Source: Schmidtea polychroa
Lineage: Eukaryota
Assembly: GCA_044892525.1 (NCBI GenBank)
Contig: CM097888.1
Span: 12,028,001-12,092,000 of the forward strand
DNA: 64,000 nt
Direction: 5' to 3'
Within the stretch, counting starts at the first letter, position 1; each line of letters opens with the position of its first letter. This document shows positions 34,988 to 45,918 of the stretch, piece by piece. The notes under the pieces were generated by a model. It was given only the letters and a program-made list of their open reading frames with translations, was not told where the DNA came from and searched no databases. The translations under genes and the position numbers were made by a program.

Positions 34988-35463
34988 TTAAAAGAATAAC
35001 AGTAAAATAATAAATAAAATAGAAAAATGCGCAAATTGCACCAATACTTAATCCTGATTGGATAAGATCGTAGCAAAACCCGTATATATACGAGCATCAG
35101 AGATTGATTTTCCAATGCTATTTTTTACTTTACTTAGGTACTTAGGTAAGCAATATCAATAAAACCAATATATTTTAACATTTTGAGCCAATTTAATCGA
35201 GAAGTATAAATCGAATCGACCCAGTTTAACCTTTGGAGCCAGTATCTCGGAAAAATGTTATTATTCTTGTTAATTGTGAATGTGAAATGTTTCAAGTATA
35301 TTAATAGTAAAGTATTGTTTTTATAACTATTAAAATTTTTAAACAATCAAACTTTCTTTTTCCTCTCACAAGTTTATGAATATTTTATTAAAAGTAGAAG
35401 TAATCGTAACAATTTTCAGGATTTTTATGTTTTTATGAATAATTCAATTTTTACGATTTTTTT

Positions 35464-36380
35464 CTAATTTATTGATGCCCCCAGATTGAAAGATGTTTGT
35501 GAACCGTCGGCACTCGTGCTGATGCGACCGCGGATGTTGGAGAGTTTGGCGCACCGTTTTATGAATTTGAAGTCAGAGATAGGGTTGTTATTAGAATATA
35601 GAGTTATTTTTGACCGATTTGAGTAAAGTGACACGAGGTTTAAGTTGAATGTAGAGTTGTGGACGTAGGAGCGATTAAAAACTTCATCGTAGAAAATAGG
35701 TTTATCGACCAAATGGGTATGTGGAACAATACAGATCGAATCAATAGCAGTGATTATCTTAAATTCAAAGTGGTGAATTGGTTAGTTAAGGTTTTCAACT
35801 CATAGTATTAGTAGGGAAGCTAGCATAGTACGATGATGAAATTGATGAGGAAAATTCCGGCATAAGAAATGGCATAACTTCTTTTTTAGTAAAGTTGTGA
35901 TAGAATATTAGACCCGTTGGGTAGGTCGCCTGAAACAAGAATAAGATGATAATGGTTGTCAGTTTTATGTTTTCCTGAGATTATTTCCAGTAGAATGCTT
36001 GTCGAAAGCCAGAATTTGTCGAATTTCATTGTATATGTTAGTGAGTTCACACGATAGACGAAGTTGCACTGATATTTGTTGAATCAACAAAAAGTTTCCG
36101 ATCTAGAGAATCGACGTCACTTTGAATGTAAATAAAAGTTTCGAACCGACAAATAATGGATAAACAATATCTAGAGAGTGAGGTTTAATAGTGATTGAAA
36201 GTGATTGAGATCAGGTCGACAATCTATATAGCGTTGGCCGAATCAAATTGAAAATTCAGATTTGTTTATCTGTGGTTGACTATAAACTTTCCGAGTTTAC
36301 CATCTCAGTAGTAACTAAATTTCCGGTATTACCACGTATTTGTTTATAACCTCTGACAACACTTTGAAACATGAATTCCG
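35464..36380 (-). pseudogene. Degenerate intronless reading frame, unidentified
   Basis: Long, mostly open stretches (MFQSVVRGYKQIRGNTGNLVTT..; ..FEFKIITAIDSICIVPHTHLVDKPIFYDEVFNRSYVHN..) interrupted by scattered stops and frameshifts. No motif recognised. Confidence 0.25.
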
Positions 36381-37679
36381 TTGTACCTTACGAAATGGCA
36401 GCTAAGAAATGTAATTATATCAAACTCAATTAAACAAATTCAATTTAACTTATTATGATTCGGTAGTTCTTGTACTATAATCCAAATGACTCGCAGCTAT
36501 GGGCCTTTACTGCCAAGCGAAGCCTTCCCTTTCAGTCTTACATCTTCCATCGCTATTACTACTCTCTAAGGTATGCTGGGAAAGATTAAAATGGCACTCG
36601 TATTGTTGATACACTAGTATTATGAACACTATCTCGTCAATACTAGTCTTAACCAAACTTAGGAAGTGATCATTGTGTTCATTGAAAACCGTGAGGCAAG
36701 ACTATCCAACAACTTCTAGGCCTGACGATCTGAAAAGAGGCCCACATTTAAGACTGATAATGAGTAAATAAATGTTGCATCTATTTGTACAATTTCTATC
36801 GCCTGCAATACATATTGATGTTTTATGTCTTTTAATTTTACCTTTTATAACTTGACGTATCAGTGATTTAATTATTTCATAACCAAGTAGGAAAAGTTTA
36901 ATAATCTCGATTGGACCATAGATTTTTGCGTAAATGAATAATACAAACCATGTATGAGGATATACGACCTTATATCGGTCCTCCAGAACCCATACAGTTG
37001 TAAGGACAGCAGCTGACCTCCTTCATGAGTTTCGACAACTTGGGGCAGTACCATCATGGACGAACTTCCATGAGCACCTCGTCATATGTGAAATAGGCAC
37101 GAGGGATCTTCAACAGTTGATGGCGAGGAGTTAAATCAGTGAAAGATATTATCAGATTTGATGATGTGCAATCGCGAGCACCTATCCTAGCCAATGAAAT
37201 CGCATCAACTCCAGAGGAAACCGCAACAGAATAAAATAAGGGCAGATCCCTGCCAAAATTTTCAAAAGGTCAATTTTAACTTTAATTTTAAAGAAATATA
37301 TGAATAAAATAAAGGCGGATCCCTGTTAAATTTCAAAGGTTAATTTTAACTTTACTTTCAATCTCCGGGCGCTCAACTTGTTCTTGACTCTGTTGAGCTA
37401 GAACTGCCTTCTAGACCCAAAACTCTATTTTGTGACTGAGGTGTGATAGTACATAGCTCGCAAATAGCAATAAGTTTAGTTAAATATAAAAATACATCAA
37501 ATAAACAATATTAATTAAGAGGAAAACAGCAAAAATATAAACACAGAAATTAAATAAAATGATACAAATGAAAGAAGTATTGCAAGAAAACTAACTCAAA
37601 TATAAAAAAGAAACATAAAAATTACAAAAAAAAAGACTCGAATAGCTTCGAAAGATAGTAAAACATTAAAATTCTAGAT

Positions 37680-38540
37680 GAAATTCCAGAAATCAAAATG
37701 CCAGAGTGGGCCAAAGATAAACTAGATTTCGAAATATTAGGTGGATTATTGACCATGATCGAGAATTATGTAAATAGAGAAAGAACACATCCACTGCTAA
37801 GAGTAGTAAAAAGTCAGTGGCCTATTCTATTTACGGTAACTGACCACTACGGGATACGCCACTTCATAAACTAATAAAGGTGGGCAACAACAAACAAATA
37901 TTAGAAACAATAGATGCCTTCCACAATTGCAACATATCAACAGATCAAAAAAATAGCCGAGGGCATACACCATTAATGATAGCACCAAACCGAGATAAAT
38001 CAAAAGCCGTAATTGGAAACGTTGATTAAAACAGGATCAAAAATAAGTACAAAAGATCACGATCAGAAAAACGCACTACATCACGCAATTGAAGGCAAAA
38101 GCGTAAAAGCATTCACAGATCTCATGGAATTATTATCATACAGAGATAGGGCCAAGATTAGAAATATATACGAGGGTCTGTTAACAGCAATAAAGGAAAA
38201 ATTACACATAATTTCGGGGATATTAATCACATGGAGAGATCCAGTTAAAAACAATTTTATGATAAATGTCAATGAAACTTTCACTTAAGGTGAGAATACC
38301 TTGATGAGGGAAGCGATGGGAGGTCAACACTTATTTGAAATTCCAGGCCAACTACTGGAACGAGGAATCAAGTTTTCAAATCACAAGAATATGATCCAAA
38401 AACGAATTTCAGCTTTCAAAAAATCAATACTCCGTTTTACAGATCAAGCACGGAGCAAGTACTGGGATACATTGAATGTACCATTTACGATGGAGACACA
38501 AACACAACTTAGAGAAACGTATCTGTATATTATACAATAA
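37680..38540 (+). pseudogene. Intronless ankyrin-repeat pseudogene
   Basis: Joining frames gives three ANK-like repeats: TDHYG(N)TPLHKLI, KNSRGHTPLMIA and KDHDQKNALHHAIEG. Frameshifts near 37855 and 38010. Confidence 0.7.
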
Positions 38541-39155
38541 ATATGTGAGAGAAAACGCGAAACAACAGTAACTAATTCACTTGGCATTATCTAAAGATTA
38601 GGTCTCATAGATGCCACCAGTGTGCATTGAATCAACCAGCCGTGATCGAATAGCGTTAGACAGCCTAGGTAATCCAACTAATTAAGCCAAGTGTTAATTC
38701 ACATCATCGGTTATCGATGTGTTTGAGGTAGATCTTACTCATGAAAGTCAGGCTAAAAATTTTAGACATTAGTAGAATAAAAAATAGACAAACTACTTTA
38801 ACCCCTTACCTCGATAAGAATTGGTGGCTCGAGATAATCAATCGGGTGTTCGCGTAATTTCAATAAATGTAACTGTCGTACTCAATGAAATTAGTTTTAA
38901 TCAAATCAAACAAATTCCTTCGTGCTACGTGAGTGAGTGATAAATGTAGTTTGAGTATTCAAAACGTTAAGAACAATGACAAAAACCATTTTAAAATATT
39001 TTAAAGTTAAAAGTTAAACAATAATTACTTACGTTATAGATCTTCGAAGTCTCTAAGTAATTTAAATAATCGATGATCACAGGCTGGAATGTTAGAATTG
39101 ATGGGGTGATACCGGTTTGATTGAAGTAGTTTCAAGAATAAATAATGTATATATT

Positions 39156-39552
39156 CAGTGCTCGAAGTGAGGCGGGATAGCCGGGATATTATCCCGGCAT
39201 TGATTATGTAGGCGGAATTGCATCCCGGCACTTCATTTCATATAATCAATAGGTTTATCCCGGTACTTATTTCATTTTATAGGCACACAAATACTGCAAT
39301 TAAGGTCACACATAGTACATCCATATATCTATGTATATATATATTCTTTATTCTCTATTCTCTATTCAATTAAGAATTTCCCAAGCAGCAGTAATGGATA
39401 GGTAGGTATATTCTGAAACTTATGATTAAATGGGTGGACACCCCCAAAAGTTTTGCAACACCCCCAACTGAAAATTTCTGCATAAAAGCCTGGAATCCCG
39501 GGTGCCACAGCATGCCTATCCCGGCACATATTTTGTTCCACTTCGAGCACTG
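39156..39552. mobile_element. hAT-type MITE (397 bp)
   Basis: TIRs CAGTGCTCGAAGTG / CACTTCGAGCACTG; 8-bp TSD TATATATT / GATATATT (7/8); internal ATCCCGG subterminal repeats. Confidence 0.8.
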
Positions 39553-40151
39553 GATATATTTCTATTTTGAATAGGTTTAATGAATGCATGATGGACACAT
39601 TTCATTTGATTTTTTTGTTGTTGTTTAAACGATCGATTGACGAAATTCTATTTGCCTACTTTTAAGAACAAATGACACGATTCCTTTGAATTATTTTTTG
39701 TGATTGGGTGATATAAATTATTCGAATATTGTCGAGAATGACTGAATAATCTAATCTATTGGGACATTTTGAAGGACGTTTGAATGATATAATTTCTTCA
39801 AGCATTTTTTTTGCATTAAATAATTTATTTTAAATATTGTAATAATGGTAAATTAGATAAATTATTTAAATATTTCATACCTGGTCACATGTTATAACTC
39901 ATTTAAACCTTTCCTAAACTAGTAAGTTGAAATATCAACGTAGGATAAAATAATGCTTTTATTTTGGGAGGTATTTTATTTTGGCTAGTATCGTCAACAA
40001 TGCGAGATCTCTCATGTGCAAATGTATGGGGAATTCATTTTCTTTTCTCTGTCTGCTATCAACGATCGTAGAGAACAATCAAATACTATCACATTTTACT
40101 ATCTATAATTTCGTTGCATGAATTTATTATTACTACTTATTTACTTTAGAA

Positions 40152-40780
40152 ATGTCGAAAAACCCAACAACTACGACTCTTCTTCGGCCATGTTTTTTAT
40201 GTGCCGACAAGAACGCGATTATTAGAACGCTGCAGACCCAGATAGCCCTGCTGAAGAAGAAGACCGACTATCTTGAAGAGACATATTTCACGTCGCCCAA
40301 ATGAAAGAAATGCGGATGAAGTTGTCGCGAGCCGAGCACTGTCGCGATAGCCTGATCGAAGAGAGCCGCTCGTTGCGACTGCTAGTCAAGGAGCAGTCTG
40401 AGGCCTTGCACAAGGTCTACGTGCAGGCAACGATCACAAAAAAGATCGCCTCTATTCCAATCTCGGAAGAAAACAATGTTTTTCCGGGCCATCATCAACC
40501 AACACATCCAATTCAGTCTGAAGATCAAGCCTGCAGCAGTTGCGTGGACAATCTCTTATCTCCCACAATATCTGACGTTAACATCACTAGTGTCAGCCAA
40601 GTGGCCCCAAGGCCTACTGTACCCTCAAATCCGGTCCCTTCTCCGATATTAAAGACGACTTCTAAAAGTCGGCAACCAGCGCGGGCCGAACGGACTAAAA
40701 ACGGAAGCTGCTTCAAACTGGTCGCCGAAGCTATACAGATGCATCGGCAGGCGCCAACCGAACTAACAGTTCCATCGTAA
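40152..40780 (+). pseudogene. Coiled-coil ORF with an N-terminal CxxC, possibly retroelement ORF1-like; one frameshift
   Basis: MSKNPTTTTLLRPCFLCADKNAIIRTLQTQIALLKKKTDYLEE.. shifts near 40285 into HVAQMKEMRMKLSRAEHCRDSLIEESRSLRLLVKEQ, then a Pro/Ser/Thr-rich tail. GC is higher than the flanks. Confidence 0.3.
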
Positions 40781-41069
40781 AAAAAATCAAATTTTATTTT
40801 AACTGACAGTAAGGCCCGTCGGGAGTTAGGGGAGAGATTCTCGACCCTTCTTATGTCTGAAGCTTTTGAGTTGACTCCTGCGAACGCTGAGCCGGAACTC
40901 GAGCGTTAAACATTTGATTTGAGAAGTTTGATGGATTGATGTTTGAGAGCTTCCAGAGTTAAACGCCATTTAGATGTAATAAGTATATTGGATATAGATA
41001 TGGTTATGGACTGAAATACTATACTATATATAGGATATTATTCGTGAGTTTTGGTATTTTAGAGGTAGT

Positions 41070-41295
41070 GGTTAAAAGGTATAGGTTAAAAGTTATAGGT
41101 TGAAAGGTATAAGTAGAAAGGTATAGGTTGAAAGGTATAGATTGAAAGGCGGTGTTTGGTTGAAAGGCGGTGTTTGGTTAAAAGGTAGTGGTAGTGGTTT
41201 GAAAGGTAATGGTTTAGAGATATTGGTTGAGAGATATTGGTTGAAAGGTAGAGATTGATAATTATAGGTTGAATGGTTGTGGTAGAAAGGTAATA
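41070..41295. repeat. ~14-bp minisatellite (GGTTGAAAGGTATA-like)
   Basis: About 15 degenerate units, e.g. GGTTAAAAGGTATA GGTTAAAAGTTATA GGTTGAAAGGTATA. Confidence 0.8.
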
Positions 41296-41683
41296 GTGGT
41301 GGTGTTACTCAAATTACTCAAAGACAAAAAACAAAAAAACAATAAAATAAACAAAAGACACATGAGGTAATATGGCTGTTTGGTTGAATTGGTTTGATTG
41401 ATTGGGTTGGGCTTCCATTGAGTAAGTGTTTCACAAAAACATTGCAGTAGTATAAAAAAAGGCTCGTAATACAGTATTGGTTGTATTGGTTTGATTGATT
41501 AGTTTGAGAAATAGATTGTTTGTAATTCATATATCGTAGGGTTTGTTTTAGGATTGGAGTATTGAGTTTGCAAATTAGGGGTCTTGTGATCAGTATGCGT
41601 TTCTGAGTGTTGGACAGTAGGTGTTGATTCAGGAGCTTCAGCTGACCATGTTTTGAATGATGGTGTTTGAGGTAGAGTCTGGG

Positions 41684-41990
41684 TGTAGGAGGGTGTTTGC
41701 TTTGATGTTTTTGATATCTCTGGTTCCAGTGAGTATAGCGTGCTGTTGGAGATCATGGGAGAATCTTCATTTTCATAATCATTTCATTGGGTTCGTTTAA
41801 TTTGTCCATGTAATACAATATTCCTAACTAAGCATATCCGCTGGATCAAAAATCTTGTTTCTATTTTGGTTGTAGGAGGGTGTTTGCTTTGATGCTAGTG
41901 GTATCTCAGGTTCCAGTGAGTATAGCGTGGTGTTGGAGATCTTGGGAGTATCTTCATTTTCATAATAATTTCAATGGGTTCGTTTTATTT
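41684..41990. repeat. ~120-bp direct repeat (period 187 bp)
   Basis: TGTAGGAGGGTGTTTGCTTTGATG..GGTTCCAGTGAGTATAGCGTG..GGGTTCGTTT at 41684 and 41871. Confidence 0.8.
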
Positions 41991-43289
41991 GAACAGGGAA
42001 TACTAAATATATATATTAATAAAGCAAATCGGCCTATAGGCCGATGAGCTGCGTTAAAAATCTGAATTTCTAAAATATATAAAGATTTAAACAAAATAAA
42101 TTCCGTTACGTGTGATTCCGTCATCCAGTACCGACTGCTAGAGAATGCAAGAGATTTCTTCCATCTCGACACAATTTTCGCCGAAGCTTCCCCATCGACT
42201 CTGTGACCATGCGCATGGAATCTATATTGTGGATATCGAATGATCGAACTAGCTGTTATTGAATCTTTCGCTTAAATCTATTAGAATGTAGTAACTTATG
42301 TGGAGTACTTCTGGGTTGTGTAGTGAGCAATGTTCTTAAATGTATTTCTTTGAATAAATGTTGAGTAACGTAAAGATGGTGGTCCAATTTTCGGAGGTTC
42401 TCTGTGGCGTGGTTAAATCGGATAAGTGCATGATGAGGTATGGGTGATTAATAATGAAACCAAATAATATTGATCGGTGCTTCGAATAATGAACAAGACG
42501 TAGGTCCTTCTATCGGCCGTTAGGAACGGAGAAGTCGAGATAGGGTGAAGGAGTAGTCCTAAGTCAGGGGATCACCTGCTTCATCCTATCCCACCATCAA
42601 GGCACAGCACAAACATGATGTAAATCATGGGTGTCATGGTGAGAAAATGGACATGTAGGTTCTTGACTTGCGGTCAACTAAGAGTGTACGTTTGTTTTTT
42701 GGCCTGACTTTCATCCCCTGGTGACGAGTGAATGCTTGTTANNNNNNNNNNNNNNNNNNNNNNNNNNNNNNNNNNNNNNNNNNNNNNNNNNNNNNNNNNN
42801 NNNNNNNNNNNNNNNNNNNNNNNNNNNNNNNNNNNNNNNNNNNNNNNNNNNNNNNNNNNNNNNNNNNNNNNNNNNNNNNNNNNNNNNNNNNNNNNNNNNN
42901 NNNNNNNNNNNNNNNNNNNNNNNNNNNNNNNNNNNNNNNNNNNNNNNNNNNNNNNNNNNNNNNNNNNNNNNNNNNNNNNNNNNNNNNNNNNNNNNNNNNN
43001 NNNNNNNNNNNNNNNNNNNNNNNNNNNNNNNNNNNNNNNNNNNNNNNNNNNNNNNNNNNNNNNNNNNNNNNNNNNNNNNNNNNNNNNNNNNNNNNNNNNN
43101 NNNNNNNNNNNNNNNNNNNNNNNNNNNNNNNNNNNNNNNNNNNNATTATTTTTGTAGATTGTTAATGGTGAAATCTGAAATTAATAATTATCTTATTCAT
43201 AAATTAATTATTATTATTATCGTTATAGTAAATGGGAATTGTTATATACATGCAGATTCGAGGACGAATCTAAATTAAACAGAAAGATA

Positions 43290-44125
43290 TGTTGGGGTTC
43301 AACAAAAGAGTTACAAAAATGAGGTGAAAAATCAATAAAAACAATAAATTCACAATAATAATGAAAATTACAAAATATTAATTAAAAAATCAAAAAAATT
43401 AAAAAATTAATATTTTCCGGGGGAAACTCTTATAGCGGATGCCAAATAATGAGACGAGTTCAATTATAATAAAATAAAATCAGTGAGGTGTCCCTAAAAG
43501 AAATTAAGTACAAAAAAACTAAAATTAATTAAAAATTAATTAACTAATGGAGAACTGGAGCTAGTGGGAAACCCGAGCTAATGGGAAATCCGAGACAATC
43601 GAAAACTCGAGCGATGCGAGAGAACCTGAATTGTCAAAGACAATTAAATTAGCCTACTCAAAATCAAATTGGGGCAAGCCGTAAAAGGAGACGGGCAAAT
43701 TTCTCAAAGCGACAAAAGGAAGCCAGGGGCGATTGGATCGGAACTAATTTAACACAGCGAAATCAAATTTGGAGAGTGGTATAAACGCGACCGGCAAGAA
43801 AACAGAAGAAGAAGAGTAAACGAGAAATTTAGCGAGAGTAACAAAGAAAACTTTGAACTCAGTGTCAATTGAATATTTTAAATCGAGTGTACCAGAAAGG
43901 GACATCCCCCTTTGGAAGATTTATCCCTATGTAAGATTTACATTAGTATTGAAAAGTGCAGAGCATAAAAGGGTTGTTTCAAGTGTGGTTGAATCAATAA
44001 AAGTGTATTCAAAGTGTAATTGTATTAGTATCAAATAAAGATTTTTGTGTTGGGTCGTTTAACTTTATTTCAAAAAGAGCCAAAAGGAGTCAGACAGTGA
44101 TACGATTTGCACAAAATACCCAACA
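43290..44125 (+). mobile_element. Solo LTR (836 bp), related to 24687-25674
   Basis: TGTTGGG...CCCAACA termini and a shared 3' motif TTGGGTCGTT..GGAGTCAGA..CCCAACA. No clean 4-5-bp TSD. Confidence 0.65.
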
Positions 44126-44670
44126 ATATTTATTAGGATTCTCATCCGTGAGAACATCAGTTTTCAAATCACTAAATAATTCCATAAATTTTATTTAATA
44201 AATTATATACTCAAAAACTTGTCTCTTCTTATTTTTGTTATTTAAACAAATTTCAGTTTTTCTTAAAATATTTTTTGATAAAAATATTTTTAAAAAATGA
44301 TAAATTTCGTTCTTCTATTTAAAATAATTTTTCAATAAAAATATATTTTAAATTTTAACAATTAATCTTTAAGAATCTTTCAACTTCCTCATAATATTAA
44401 TTAAAAAAATGTTTAGGATTAGATTTCATTATTTAAAATTATTCAAATTTTGGAAAATTTAAAATCGTGCTTTAGTGAAACCGCAATATTCTAAGCTCTA
44501 ATATGCGAGTTATTTCTATACACACAAAAAAATAATAAAAACAATTTTCATATAAAATTCAAAATCAAAAAAATAATATTTAACACAGTTATGTAAAGTT
44601 TTGTTGTAATAATATTCGTTGTAGCGTGTTTTGGAAAATATATTTTAATTATTATTAATTTATTGATTTT

Positions 44671-45918
44671 ATGATTTCAGAAGTTGAAGACATCATAACT
44701 GGCGACCACGCCAAGGAAATCAATGCGATAGGAAAAAAGAAAGGAACTAAGAATATGTTAGATTCCTTGTCAAAACAAGCACGTGAGATGCTAAATTTTA
44801 ATGTAAGAAAGTTTGACGGTAAAGTTGGATCTGAAGCTGAACTTTGGCTAAAGGATATTATGGAATGGCTGAGAATAGAAGATCAAAGTCTAGTAGACGC
44901 ATTGGATCTTTTGTTGACAGATGCGGCATCGATGTTATGGGAAGCGGCGAAAATAACGAAGATGACCGATGAAATGGCAAAAGAGTGGTTTATAGAAACT
45001 TTTACAGTAAGGAAAACCATTACTAACAAGATTGTGGAACTAGCTCAAATTCAGCAAGAGAGAGATGAAAGATTCCAAGTCTTCGAAATACGAGTAAGAA
45101 GTTTAGTTAAAAGTGTATTTAGCTCTGGAATGTCTGATGAACAGATTGTTCGAGACATTATTTCAAACAGAGCGAAAGACGATAGAGTAAAAGAAATATT
45201 CTTATCAGGGAAAGTGACAAGTTTTGAAGATGCCAGGGATATGGCAAAAATTCAGGAGAAGATCGAGATGACGAATGACAATAAATTCAATATTGATGCC
45301 ATAAGAAGAGACTCTTACGCATCAGTGATGAAAAATGGTAAATTCGATGGTAGACGAGACCAAAGAACAATTGTGAAGACAGCTGCACATCAACGCGACG
45401 AACACCGAGAGATTAATCATGAGAGGAATAGACCTGGTAATGGTCGGTTTGTACCAATTGTAAATGAAGACAAGATTGAAAATGAGCGGTATAGAGGACG
45501 ATATGAGACAGGAGAACCCGAGAGAAGAATACCTACAGTATCGCTTAAAGATATTGCAAGAAGGTTATTTAATGACAGCAAAGGAAGAGATTCGCCTCAT
45601 CCAGTGAAACTGACATCAGGTCAGTGTTTTTGTTGTGGAGAAAAAGGGCGCCGGCGTTTTGAATGTCCTATGAAAGACAAATGTCTAATCTGTGGAAAAG
45701 AAGGTCATGGATTCAGAGATTGTTTTTTGCTTAAAAATAGAAAGGGATATCAGAAGAGAGTGGCATGTATTTACGAAGAAGATCACGAAAGAAATAATGG
45801 TGATTTCACAGAAGATTTATACAGTAATTACGAAGAAACGATAAAGAAATCAATGGATAAACCAAAAAACAAGGACGATCCCATTGCTTTCATTTCGTCA
45901 GTGGGGTCGACACAATAA
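44671..45918 (+). CDS. gag: Gag of gypsy C (two CCHC-type knuckles, the first with His replaced by Arg)
   Basis: Open 415-aa ORF from an ATG inside the LTR. Motifs KFDG..WLKDI..A..LL, CFCCGEKGRRRFEC and CLICGKEGHGFRDC. Confidence 0.88.
   Translation: MISEVEDIITGDHAKEINAIGKKKGTKNMLDSLSKQAREMLNFNVRKFDGKVGSEAELWLKDIMEWLRIEDQSLVDALDLLLTDAASMLWEAAKITKMTDEMAKEWFIETFTVRKTITNKIVELAQIQQERDERFQVFEIRVRSLVKSVFSSGMSDEQIVRDIISNRAKDDRVKEIFLSGKVTSFEDARDMAKIQEKIEMTNDNKFNIDAIRRDSYASVMKNGKFDGRRDQRTIVKTAAHQRDEHREINHERNRPGNGRFVPIVNEDKIENERYRGRYETGEPERRIPTVSLKDIARRLFNDSKGRDSPHPVKLTSGQCFCCGEKGRRRFECPMKDKCLICGKEGHGFRDCFLLKNRKGYQKRVACIYEEDHERNNGDFTEDLYSNYEETIKKSMDKPKNKDDPIAFISSVGSTQ

Noticed and set aside
36718-36742. 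Hammerhead-like CTGACGA..GAAA
   Set aside because: There is no stem II between the motifs and no stem III or cleavage triplet.
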